A DNA stretch of 64,000 nt. Origin: Myxococcota bacterium (lineage in GTDB: Bacteria; Myxococcota_A; UBA9160; JAFDDA01). Below, piece by piece: positions 10,263-19,260 of this stretch. Where the stretch lies: the NCBI GenBank assembly GCA_965228475.1, contig OZ245817.1, positions 704,001-768,000 of the forward strand. The letters run 5' to 3'. A program made the translations under genes and the position numbers. Positions within the stretch are counted from its first letter, which is position 1. Each line of letters starts with the position of its first letter. Under the pieces are notes generated by a model. It was given only the letters and a program-made list of their open reading frames with translations. It was not told the origin of the DNA and searched no databases.

Positions 10263-11195
10263 GTGGCCGGCGTCGCCAAGCCGCACGCACTGCGTCCCGG
10301 CGGGACCGTCGGGCTGGCGGCGCCCGCCGGGCCGGTCGACCCGGAGCGCCTGGCGCGCGGCGTCGCCTGGCTCGAGGACGCGGGCTTCTCGGTCGTGCAG
10401 CGGGACGACCTGGTGGCCCGCCGCGGCTACCTCGCCGGAGACGACGAGCGGCGCGCGAAGGAGCTGATGGAGCTCGTCCGGGACGACCGCGTCGATGCGA
10501 TCCTCTGCACGCGCGGCGGCTACGGCTGCCACCGCATCGTGGCGCGCCTCGACGCCGGGGCGGTGGCCGCGGCCCGCAAACCCCTGGTCGGCTTCAGCGA
10601 CATCACGACCCTCCACCTCTGGCAGCTCCGCCGTGCGGGGCTCGCGAGCATCCACGGGCCGATGCCCGCCCGCGCCGCCGAGGGCGACGAGCCCGAGCGC
10701 GAGCGCCTCGTCCGCATGCTCTGCGGCGACGATGCGGGCGACCGCAGCATGGCCGGCCGGGCCTGCGGCGGCGGCGTGGCCGAGGGCCGCCTGGTGGGCG
10801 GGAACCTCGCCGTGCTCGTGGCGAGCCTCGCGTGCCCCTGGGAGATCGAAACCGAGGGCGCGATCCTGATGATCGAGGACGTCGGCGAGCGCCCCTTCCG
10901 CATCGACCGGCTGCTCGCCCAGCTCGGCGCGGCCGGCAAGCTCTCGGGCCTGGCCGGCGTGGCCGTCGGCGGCTTCGACGGCTGCGAGGACGAGCACTAC
11001 CCGGTGCCCACCGCCTGCGACGTGCTCGAAGAGGCGCTCCGCCCGCTCGGCGTCCCGCTGGTGATGGACTTGCCCTTTGGCCACGGAGAGCGGAACGTTC
11101 CCTGGCCGCACGGCGTACCGGCGCGGATCGACGGGGACGCAGGGACCGTCGAGTGGCTTGAAGCAGCAGTGGAGACGGGAGCCTCGCAGGAATGA
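10263..11195 (+). CDS. ldcA: LD-carboxypeptidase (peptidase S66)
   Basis: TRGGYG, GFSDIT (Ser), IEDVGE (Glu), PFGHG (His). Confidence 0.9.
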   Translation: MAGVAKPHALRPGGTVGLAAPAGPVDPERLARGVAWLEDAGFSVVQRDDLVARRGYLAGDDERRAKELMELVRDDRVDAILCTRGGYGCHRIVARLDAGAVAAARKPLVGFSDITTLHLWQLRRAGLASIHGPMPARAAEGDEPERERLVRMLCGDDAGDRSMAGRACGGGVAEGRLVGGNLAVLVASLACPWEIETEGAILMIEDVGERPFRIDRLLAQLGAAGKLSGLAGVAVGGFDGCEDEHYPVPTACDVLEEALRPLGVPLVMDLPFGHGERNVPWPHGVPARIDGDAGTVEWLEAAVETGASQE

Positions 11196-12352
11196 AGTGG
11201 AGTCTGATCAAGCGCAAGCTCGAACGGGTGGATCGTGCCCTCGCCAAGGCCGTCGAGAAGGGCGAGACCCCGGGCGTGGTCGTGCTGGCCTCGATGCCGC
11301 GGGAGGGCGAGCAGGTCTCCTACGAGGCCGTCTACGGGGACGCCGTCGTGCGCCCGCAGCGGGTCGCCATGCGGCGCGACACGATCTTCGATCTCGCGTC
11401 GCTGACGAAGCCCCTCGCGACCACGGGCGCCGTGCTGCTGCTCGTGCGCGACGGGCTCGTCGACCTCGACGACCCGGTCGCGAAGCACCTGCCCCACTTT
11501 GCGGAGCGCGACAAGGAAGAGGTCACGGTCCGTCACCTGCTCACGCACTCCGCGGGGCTTCGGCCGGTGCGCTTCTTCCACGAGGATCTGCTCGATCGCG
11601 AGCGCAAGAAGGGCGAGCGCTGGATCGGCGAGCCCGCCGCCCGGCCCTGGGTGATCGAGCGCATCTGCAAGTCGAAGCTCGTCCACGAGCCCGGCGAGGC
11701 CGCCGTCTACGGCGACCTCGACTTCATCGTGCTCGGCGCGCTCGTCGAGGCGGTCAGTCAGGAGCGGCTCGACGCGTTCTGCGCGCAGCGCATCTTCGAG
11801 CCGCTCGGCCTCGCCGATACCGGCTTCGGGAGCGTCGGACGCACCGGCCCGGAGGGCGCAGACCCGAAGTGGCTCGCGCGCACCGCGGCGACCGAGCAGT
11901 GCGAGTGGCGCGGCCGGATCCTCCGCGGCGAAGTCCACGACCCGAACGCCTCGGTGCTCGGCGGCGTCGCGGGGCACGCGGGCCTGTTCGGTACGGCCGA
12001 CGACGTCGTCACCCTGGCCAAGGCCTGGCTCGACGCCTGGCACGGCCGCGAGAGCCTCTTTCCGCAGGAGCTCGTCCGTACCTTCTTCACCCGCCAGGAG
12101 CTGCCGCCGGGCTCGGACTGGGCGCTCGGCTGGGACACGCCGACGGAAGGGCAGTCCTCCTCGGGCCGCCACTTCGGCAAGCACTCCGTCGGCCACCTCG
12201 GCTTCACCGGCACGTCGCTCTGGATGGACCTCGAGCGCGAGCTCGTCGTCGTGATCCTCGCGAACCGCATCCATCCCCTGGTCCGCCGCGCCCGCTTCGG
12301 GCTCCGGCCGCTCGTCCACGACCTGCTCGTGGAGGGGATGACCGCGGAGTGA
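11192..12352 (+). CDS. Serine hydrolase, beta-lactamase/PBP family
   Basis: FDLASLTK (SxxK), LLTHSAG, GEVHDPNA, AGHAGLF, GHLGFTGTS; ATGA-coupled to ldcA. Confidence 0.88.
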   Translation: MKWSLIKRKLERVDRALAKAVEKGETPGVVVLASMPREGEQVSYEAVYGDAVVRPQRVAMRRDTIFDLASLTKPLATTGAVLLLVRDGLVDLDDPVAKHLPHFAERDKEEVTVRHLLTHSAGLRPVRFFHEDLLDRERKKGERWIGEPAARPWVIERICKSKLVHEPGEAAVYGDLDFIVLGALVEAVSQERLDAFCAQRIFEPLGLADTGFGSVGRTGPEGADPKWLARTAATEQCEWRGRILRGEVHDPNASVLGGVAGHAGLFGTADDVVTLAKAWLDAWHGRESLFPQELVRTFFTRQELPPGSDWALGWDTPTEGQSSSGRHFGKHSVGHLGFTGTSLWMDLERELVVVILANRIHPLVRRARFGLRPLVHDLLVEGMTAE

Positions 12353-13779
12353 GCGTGGCGGCGCGCGGCGAGCACATCCACTTCATCGCCATCGCCGGCA
12401 CGGGGATGGGCGCGCTGGCCGGGCTCCTGCGCGAGCGGGGCCACCGCGTGACGGGCTCCGACGAGGGTGTCTATCCGCCGATGAGCACGGCCCTCGAGAA
12501 GTGGGGCATCCCGGTCCATGAGGGGTTCTCCGCGGAGCACGTCGCCGGCCCGCGGCCCGATCGCGTCGTGATCGGCAACGTCGTGCGGCGCGAGAACCCC
12601 GAAGCGCGCGCGGCCATCGACGGCGGCATCCCGTATCTCTCCTTTCCCGATGCGCTCCACGAGTACGCGATCCGCGGGAAGCACTCGGTGGTCGTCTCGG
12701 GGACCCACGGAAAGACGACGACGACCTCGCTGCTCGCCGCGCTGCTGCTCGAGACCGGGCAGGATCCGTCCGTGCTCGTGGGCGGGATCGCCGCGAACCT
12801 CGACGGCAGTTTTCGCGACGGGGGCGGGCCGCACTTCCTGGTCGAAGGCGACGAGTACGACACCGCCTTCTTCGACAAGACCCCGAAGTTCCTCCACTAC
12901 GGCGCCCGCACCGCGATCCTGACCTCGGTGGAGTTCGATCACGCGGACATCTACCGCGACCTCGACCACGTGAAGTCGGAGTTCCGCAAGTTCGTTGCGT
13001 CCCTGCCCGAGGACGGCGCGCTCATCGCGAACTTCGACGATGCGAACGTGCGCGACGTCGTCACCGGCGCTGCGTGCCGGGTCTACGGCTACGGGCTCGA
13101 CGTGCACGAAGGCGCCTGGCACGCGGCCCTCGGCGAGGTCGGGCCGGAAGGCCAGGCCCTCGCGATCACGCTTCCCGGCGGGGTGCAGGTCGAGGCGTCC
13201 CTGCCGTTCCCGGGCCGCCACAACGCGGCCAACGCGCTGGCGGCCATCGCCTGCGCCGCGGAGCTCGGGATCCCGGCGGACGAGGCCGCGACCGCGCTGG
13301 CGGCCTATCGCGGCGTGAAGCGCCGGCAGGAGCTGCGCGGCGAGCCGCGCGGGATCGCCGTCCTCGACGACTTCGCGCACCACCCGACGGCCGTCCGCGA
13401 GACCCTCGCGGCGGTGAAGTCGCAGTACGCCGGCCGGCGGCTCGTCGCGATCTTCGAGCCGCGCAGCAACACCAGCCGGCGGGCCGTCTTCCAGGACGCC
13501 TACGCCGAAGCCTTCGACGCGGCAGACCGCGTGCTCATCGCCGAGGTTCCGGACACGCCGATCTACTCGAACACGGGCGAGGTCACCGAGCGCCTCTCCT
13601 CGGAGCGGCTGGCCGAAGCGCTGCGCGCCCGGGGAACCGACGCCACGTGTCCCGGCGCGGCCGATGCCATCCTCGCGGACCTGCTCGAAGCGAGCCGCCC
13701 GGGCGACGTCCTGCTCGTCATGAGCAACGGCAGCTTCGACGGGCTCTGCGCCCGTCTCGTCGAAGGCCTCGCGGCCTAG
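12349..13779 (+). CDS. mpl: Murein peptide ligase (UDP-MurNAc:tripeptide ligase)
   Basis: HIHFIAIAGTGMG, VYPPMS, GTHGKTTT, EGDEYDTAFFDK, EFDHADIY, DDFAHHPTA, FEPRSNT, MSNGSF; GTGA overlap. Confidence 0.92.
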   Translation: MSVAARGEHIHFIAIAGTGMGALAGLLRERGHRVTGSDEGVYPPMSTALEKWGIPVHEGFSAEHVAGPRPDRVVIGNVVRRENPEARAAIDGGIPYLSFPDALHEYAIRGKHSVVVSGTHGKTTTTSLLAALLLETGQDPSVLVGGIAANLDGSFRDGGGPHFLVEGDEYDTAFFDKTPKFLHYGARTAILTSVEFDHADIYRDLDHVKSEFRKFVASLPEDGALIANFDDANVRDVVTGAACRVYGYGLDVHEGAWHAALGEVGPEGQALAITLPGGVQVEASLPFPGRHNAANALAAIACAAELGIPADEAATALAAYRGVKRRQELRGEPRGIAVLDDFAHHPTAVRETLAAVKSQYAGRRLVAIFEPRSNTSRRAVFQDAYAEAFDAADRVLIAEVPDTPIYSNTGEVTERLSSERLAEALRARGTDATCPGAADAILADLLEASRPGDVLLVMSNGSFDGLCARLVEGLAA

Positions 13780-13798
13780 CGACTCCGCAGCGAGCGGC

Positions 13799-14344
13799 TC
13801 ACGCCCGGCGCCGGGCGAACCCCCCGAGGCCGAGCAGCGCGAGGGTCGGCAGCCAGATCACCACGAACTCGTTGGCGAGGATGCGGAGGGCCGGGCCGGC
13901 GAAGAAGGCGGCCACGCCGGACGCCGAGGTCGCGATCGGCGAGGTCGAAAGCGGTCGCCAGGGCGCGAAGAAGCGAGCGTCGTCGAAGGGCAGGAAGAAG
14001 CCGACGCCGAGCCCGGCGTCCGTCATCGCGTCGAGCAGGCCGTGGGAGGCCGTCGCGCACGCGAGGAGCGCGGCGGTGGCGAACCAGCTTCGCCCCCTCG
14101 GCCGCGGGACCAGCCAGGTGGCGACGAGCGCACCCAGCGCGGCCGCGAATGCCAGCGAGTGCGTCGCGCCCCGGTGACCGAGCGGGTGCTCGTAGGGGAT
14201 CCCGAGCGCGAAGGCCGCGACGTCGACGTCCGGCAGGGCGGCGCAGGCTGCGGCGGCGATGGCGAGCCTCCGCTTCGGTACCCCCGGCGAGCCGATGCGC
14301 GCGAGCGCGGCACCGAGAAAGGCATGGGTGAAGACCGTCGCCAC
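13799..14344 (-). CDS. Membrane-bound metal-dependent hydrolase, YdjM/YbcI family
   Basis: TH, LPDVDV, GHRGATHS, SHGLLDAMT, RFFAPWRP motifs. Confidence 0.85.
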   Translation of the reverse strand: MATVFTHAFLGAALARIGSPGVPKRRLAIAAAACAALPDVDVAAFALGIPYEHPLGHRGATHSLAFAAALGALVATWLVPRPRGRSWFATAALLACATASHGLLDAMTDAGLGVGFFLPFDDARFFAPWRPLSTSPIATSASGVAAFFAGPALRILANEFVVIWLPTLALLGLGGFARRRA

Positions 14345-14356
14345 GGGGTGGGGCGC

Positions 14357-15226
14357 TCACGGCCGTCCCAGGTGCCGCGCGAAGAAGGCGAGCACGCGCG
14401 CTTCGTACGCGGCCGGGGCGTGGGCGTGGAAGTTCTCGTGCCGGGCGTTCGGCAGGACCCAGAGCTCCTTGGGCTCCGGCGCCGCCGCGAACAGGGCCCG
14501 CGACTCCCCGAGGGTCGTTCGCCGGTCGGCGCCGCCCGCGATCAACAGGATCGGCGCGCGAGCCCCGGCGATCGTCTCGACCGGGTTCAGGGCGTGTGGG
14601 TCGAATCCGAGGCGAGGTGCGGCGGGGAGGAGAAGAAGGCGGGTGGCCAGCGGGGCGACCGTCCGGCCGAGCCGGAGGGCGATGCGGTTCTCGACGGCGG
14701 AGACGAGCTCCGGGTAGACGGCCTCGAGCACGAGGGCGGAGACGTCGAGGGGCTCCGGTCCGAGCAGCGCGGCGGCCCCGGCGAGGGACGGGCCGATGAA
14801 TCCGATCGGCGCCGCGGGGCGGCCCTCCCGGACGAAGGCGACGACGGCCGCGGCGTCGCGCGCCTCGAGCCAGCCGAAGCTCATGCGATCGCCCGAACTC
14901 TCCCCGTGGGCCCGCGCGTCGTAGAGCAGGACGCCGTACCCCGCCCGCGCGAGGAAGAGGGCGCGCCCGAGGAGCTGGCGGCGGGAGCCCCGGACGCCGT
15001 GGGAGAGCACGACGGTCGGTGCGCCCGCCGCGGCCGGCGCGAACCACGCCGCGAGTTCCACGCCGCCGTCTCCCGGAATCCGGACGTCGCGCGCTCCGAG
15101 CTCGGGCGGAGGCGGGCCGGCCTCGGCGGGCACGGGCGCGCTCAGCCAGGACCCGGCCACCCACGCTGCCGCGAGCGCGGCCAGGGCCGCGGCCGCGAGG
15201 GCCGCCCCGGCCAGCCGTGCGGTCAT
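14357..15226 (-). CDS. Alpha/beta hydrolase with N-terminal membrane anchor
   Basis: SHG, YDARAHGES, nucleophile GPSLAG, Asp in GGADRR, His in ARHENF. Confidence 0.85.
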   Translation of the reverse strand: MTARLAGAALAAAALAALAAAWVAGSWLSAPVPAEAGPPPPELGARDVRIPGDGGVELAAWFAPAAAGAPTVVLSHGVRGSRRQLLGRALFLARAGYGVLLYDARAHGESSGDRMSFGWLEARDAAAVVAFVREGRPAAPIGFIGPSLAGAAALLGPEPLDVSALVLEAVYPELVSAVENRIALRLGRTVAPLATRLLLLPAAPRLGFDPHALNPVETIAGARAPILLIAGGADRRTTLGESRALFAAAPEPKELWVLPNARHENFHAHAPAAYEARVLAFFARHLGRP

Positions 15227-15237
15227 GAAGTCGTCAT
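15223..15237 (-). other. 4-aa upstream ORF (MTTS*) whose stop overlaps the hydrolase start (ATGA)
   Basis: aaGGAG-7nt-ATG ACG ACT TCA TGA; the hydrolase ATG has no SD of its own at normal spacing. Confidence 0.4.
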
Positions 15238-15277
15238 CGGCGCGCTCCTTCGCCGTCGAAGATCGCTGCGAAAGCTA

Positions 15278-15793
15278 TCACTCCGGCGGGGGCGGGTCCG
15301 CGATTGCTCGCCGCAGGTAGAGGTCGCCGTCCCTTCGCTCGTACGGGCGGAAGCCGTGTCGCTGGTAGAACGCGACGACCTCGCTCCAGGTCTCGGTGGT
15401 CTCGAGCATGGCCGTCCGAAAGCCGCGGCGGTGAGCGACGCCGAGGAGGTGGTCGAGCATCCGGGAGCCCAGCCCCTGGCGCCGCAGCCCTCGGGCGACC
15501 GACATGCGGTGGATCTGGACGGTCTCGGACGATACGGGAAGGAATGCGCCGGTGCCGACGAGGGCTTCGCCCTCGAAGGCGCAGGCGAAGTAGCCGGCGG
15601 CGTAGCTCCGGGCGATTTCCCGGAGGTCGGGGTTCAGGCTCTCGTCGATCGAGCCCCAGTGCTCGCCAAGCCCTTCGAGCACGAGCGCGCGCGCGGCAGC
15701 CTAATCGGCTGCCGCGAACGCTCGGAACGTGATCGGGGAGTCGGCCGGCGTCGCTGCGCCCCGCTCAGGCGCGGCGCCGACGGCGCAGGGCAT
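15278..15793 (-). pseudogene. GNAT N-acetyltransferase interrupted by an in-frame TAG near its N terminus
   Basis: ITFRAFAAAD*AAARALVLEGLGEHWG...RMSVARGLRRQGLG...AFYQRHGF; TAG at 15703-15701. A shorter product could start at GTG 15682. The 5' boundary is uncertain. Confidence 0.65.
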
Positions 15794-18791
15794 GGGCCAG
15801 GCCGAGCAGGGCGAGCCCCTCGGCGCCCAGGAGACCGCAGGCCGCGCCAACCTCGTTGTCGTCGGACGCGTCGGTGCAGTCCAGGTCCGCGAGGTCGGTG
15901 GCGCCGTCGTTGTCCGTGTCGAAGCCGTCGTTGCACTCCGGGTTCTCGATGTTCGGCGTGCCGCCGCCGGTGCAGCCCGGGTCGGCCGCGTCGATCGTGC
16001 CGTCGCCGTCGTCGTCGATGCCGTTGCTGCAGGCGCCGACGATCGAGCCCGGGTTGCCCGGGTCCGTGCCCGCATCCCGCTCGTCGCCATCGAGCACGCC
16101 GTCTTCGTCGCGGTCGATGCCCACGCGCTGGCCCGAGCCCGGCGGGACGCAGGTGTAGGTGAGCTCCTGCCCGGCCGTCGCTGCCTGTGCGCGAAGGCCC
16201 GCATCGGTGATGGTCTCGCCCGCGCGGTCGCTCTGGAAGCTCCCGGCCAGGGGCTGCCAGAGCCAGCCGCGCGCTTCGCCCGCGACCTGGCCCTTCACCA
16301 CGAGGTCGCACTCGGTGACCGTGCCGCCGAGGACGAGCGAGTCGAAGGCCGCGCCGGCCCGCTGGATCAGCAGGTCGATGCGGCCGTTCACGTCCGCGCT
16401 GCCCGCGCCGGCCAGGGTGACCTGCTGCCCGACGATGGGCGCCAGGTCGGTCGGGAATTCGAGCGCGAGCTGTTCGAGCTCGTCTTCCTGCGCGGGCGAG
16501 AGCGAGAAGACCGGCGAAGACAGGAAGGTCGTGACGGTGTCGATGCTGCCGTCGTGGAGGAAGCCGAAGCCCCGCACCTGGTCGCCGAGGTGCGCGCCGC
16601 CGCCGGACGTCCCGAACATGCCGACCTTCTGATAGGTGTTGCGCATGTGCGGGACCTTGAAGGTCTCGGGCAGCCCCTCGACGCTCTGGAATCCGCCGCT
16701 CCCGAAGAAGCCCTGGGACGGATCCGTCACGTGGCAGCCGTTGCAGTTGAGGATCAGGTCCGTGATCGGCCCGAAGAAGGTCGAGTTGCCGGCCTGGGCC
16801 GCGGCGCTCAGGGAGTTGTCGAGGGCGCGGATCGGGTTCGGGGGCAGCTGGACCTGGAGGATGAAGTCCGTGAAGGCCTGCATCTCGAGGGCCGTCGGCA
16901 GATGCTCGCGCCCGACGAGGCCCTCGAACGCCACGATGAAGTTGTTGAAGGAGAGCTCTTCGCTGCACGGCGCGCCGGTCGGCTCGGTGCACGGGTCGAG
17001 GCCGAAGAAGCCGTCCACGCGGTCGCCGCGCCAGTGCAGGGCGCCGTGGGTGGACATGCCCCGCAGCGTCTGGGTCGTCATCGGGCCCTTCATCGGGTGG
17101 AGGGTCGAGCCCGGGAGCACGCCGGGCTGGGTGTTCTGGCTGACGGCGCCGTCCGGGTCGCCGAGGTTCCAGGCGAGGCTGTCGAAGTCCGCGAAGATGT
17201 GACAGCTCGAGCAGGACGCTTCGCCGTTGCCGGAGGAGAAGTCCGCGTCGTAGAGGAACGGGCGTCCGGCCACGAGCGAATCGGGCTCCGGGTTGTGCAG
17301 CGGGATCCGGTTCGTCTCGCTCCCGCTGCCGAGGTCGATCACCGCGACCGAGTTGTCGAAGCGGGTGAGGACGTAGAGGCGGTCGTTCGCTTCGTCGAGG
17401 GCCAGGCCGGCGGGGCCGCCCGGGACGTCGAGGTACTGGCTGCTCTCGGTGGTCGGGTCGAAGTTCGTCTCGAAGGCGGGGTCTTCCACGTCGCTCGTGT
17501 CGAACACGCCCACCTTGCCCGAGCCGAAGGCCGCCACGTAGAGCGTGGCGCCGTCCGAAGAGACCACCGGCTGGAGCGGCGTCGCGAGGCTGTGGAGCTT
17601 CTGGGTCGGGTCGACGAGGTCCGGCACGTCCGTGTGGAGCCGCGAGTAGTCGATGTGCTGATTCAGGTGCTGCGGGTCGACGCCGCCGGTGCTCGGGTCG
17701 AGCACGGTGATGCGCGATTCCGAGAGGTGGCCCTGGACGGTGCTCCCGCCGTGGACGCCCGGGCCCTCGAAGCGCACGTGGTTCGGGAGCTCGGTGTTCG
17801 TGACGTAGACCTTCCCGTTCACCGGGTTCACGGCCATGTTGAACAGGATCGTGCCGACGTGGTCGTACTCGGGGACCGGCTGCGGCGCGAGCGTCGAGGC
17901 GTCGATCGCGAAGACGTCATGGTCCGGCAGGTCGAGGTTCACGACGGCGCTCCAGTCGCGGCCGACGGCGTCCCGCCAGGCGGCGCCGTCGAACTTCACG
18001 ATCACGCCGCTCTCGGGGGCCGCGTCGCCGGCGGCATTGTCGTCGGGGCCCGGCACGCCGCCGGGCGCTCCGCCCGAGGGGCCGGCCGAGTCGAAGCCGT
18101 TCGGGACGACGCTCTCCGTGATCGCCGTGGTCTGGTTCCCGGAGTGGAAGGCGCCGACGTAGACGGCGTTGCCGTCGGCGCTCACGGCCAGTGCCCGGGG
18201 CGTGTCGGCGAAGAAGGTCAGGATCTCGACCGGCGTGCCGCCGAGGGTCGAGCCGAGGGCGCCCGCGTCGAACACCCAGACGTCCGCGCGTCCGATGCCT
18301 TCGGTGGTGAGCTGGGGGTCGCCGGCGCCGGGCACGGCGCTGATGGAGCCGTGTTCGCGGTGCTGGCCGCGGTGGGCGGTGGTGATGAAGGCGCGGTCGC
18401 CGCCCGGGTTCGCGAACACGATGTCGCGCGGCTCGTCGCCGACCAGGAGCGTCCGAACCACGCGCCGCGAGGGGATGTCCACGATGCTCACGCTGTCCGA
18501 GAGGTGGTTCACCACCCAGACCTCGGTGGCCGAGCGCGCGGCCACCGCCACCGGCTCCATGCCGACGGCCACGGAGAAGAGGTGGGAGATCCCGCTCCCG
18601 CCCACCGTGAAGACCTCGAGCGCGTTGTCCGGCGTGTTGGCGACGAAGAGGAGCTCGCCGCCCGGCGAGAGCGCGACCGGCCGGACGGGTCCGGACTCGA
18701 AGGCGACGAAGGAGGTCTGCGCCTCGCTTCCGGCAGACGAGAGGACGGCGAGGGAAAGAGAGGCCAGGAGAGCCAGGCGGAGCGAGCGCAT
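15765..18791 (-). CDS. Secreted YVTN/YncE beta-propeller fused to a diheme cytochrome c (peroxidase-like) domain, with Cys/Asp-rich repeats and a C-terminal TM-Arg tail
   Basis: Signal peptide; VGMEPVAV/VGDEPRDI propeller blades; CSSCH and CNGCH heme motifs; FKVPHMRN; CSNGIDDDGDG repeats. Confidence 0.85.
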   Translation of the reverse strand: MRSLRLALLASLSLAVLSSAGSEAQTSFVAFESGPVRPVALSPGGELLFVANTPDNALEVFTVGGSGISHLFSVAVGMEPVAVAARSATEVWVVNHLSDSVSIVDIPSRRVVRTLLVGDEPRDIVFANPGGDRAFITTAHRGQHREHGSISAVPGAGDPQLTTEGIGRADVWVFDAGALGSTLGGTPVEILTFFADTPRALAVSADGNAVYVGAFHSGNQTTAITESVVPNGFDSAGPSGGAPGGVPGPDDNAAGDAAPESGVIVKFDGAAWRDAVGRDWSAVVNLDLPDHDVFAIDASTLAPQPVPEYDHVGTILFNMAVNPVNGKVYVTNTELPNHVRFEGPGVHGGSTVQGHLSESRITVLDPSTGGVDPQHLNQHIDYSRLHTDVPDLVDPTQKLHSLATPLQPVVSSDGATLYVAAFGSGKVGVFDTSDVEDPAFETNFDPTTESSQYLDVPGGPAGLALDEANDRLYVLTRFDNSVAVIDLGSGSETNRIPLHNPEPDSLVAGRPFLYDADFSSGNGEASCSSCHIFADFDSLAWNLGDPDGAVSQNTQPGVLPGSTLHPMKGPMTTQTLRGMSTHGALHWRGDRVDGFFGLDPCTEPTGAPCSEELSFNNFIVAFEGLVGREHLPTALEMQAFTDFILQVQLPPNPIRALDNSLSAAAQAGNSTFFGPITDLILNCNGCHVTDPSQGFFGSGGFQSVEGLPETFKVPHMRNTYQKVGMFGTSGGGAHLGDQVRGFGFLHDGSIDTVTTFLSSPVFSLSPAQEDELEQLALEFPTDLAPIVGQQVTLAGAGSADVNGRIDLLIQRAGAAFDSLVLGGTVTECDLVVKGQVAGEARGWLWQPLAGSFQSDRAGETITDAGLRAQAATAGQELTYTCVPPGSGQRVGIDRDEDGVLDGDERDAGTDPGNPGSIVGACSNGIDDDGDGTIDAADPGCTGGGTPNIENPECNDGFDTDNDGATDLADLDCTDASDDNEVGAACGLLGAEGLALLGLAHALRRRRRA

Positions 18792-18897
18792 TCGGAACCT
18801 CGGAAGGGTGGGCGGATGTGCCCGAAGGGAGACGAAGCCGAATTCTCTCACCTGCCAAGGCCGGTTGGCAAGCCTCGGCCCGGCAGCCGGAGAGGCC

Positions 18898-19239
18898 CTA
18901 GACCCAGCAGTCGATCCAGTCGAGCGCCATGTGGATCACCAGACCCAATCCGAAGAGGTGCACCCGGAGCCCCCACGGTTTCCATCCGTCGCCCTCGGAG
19001 CGCCGTCCGAGCCAGAGCGGCAGCAAGCAGGCAGCGGCATAGAGCGCGATCGGCACGGCCGTGTGCAGCGGATGGAAGCCGATCGAGCAGCGCTCGGGGT
19101 CGTAGATCGGGTCCGCGACCACGTGATCGAGATCGACCCCCATGGTCGCGACGAGGATCCCGAACGCCAGGTGCCAGCGGTCGCGATGGAAGACGAGGGC
19201 CACGGCCAGCGGGACGAGGAAGTGGAGCGCGAGGTGCAT
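18898..19239 (-). CDS. DUF6122-family membrane protein
   Basis: HLALHFLVP...VDLDH..ADPIYDPERCSIGFHPLH...IHMALDWIDC. Confidence 0.8.
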   Translation of the reverse strand: MHLALHFLVPLAVALVFHRDRWHLAFGILVATMGVDLDHVVADPIYDPERCSIGFHPLHTAVPIALYAAACLLPLWLGRRSEGDGWKPWGLRVHLFGLGLVIHMALDWIDCWV

Positions 19240-19260
19240 GGCGGCGCGGCCGGGGCCGCC

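Noticed and set aside
11077..13779. 900-aa ORF suggesting a hydrolase-Mpl fusion
   Set aside because: The upstream half is an off-frame shadow of the serine hydrolase; mpl starts at the GTGA overlap at 12349.
14344..14360. Possible bridge ORF from the GTGA at the hydrolase stop
   Set aside because: That frame does not terminate at the downstream start, so it is not a relay.
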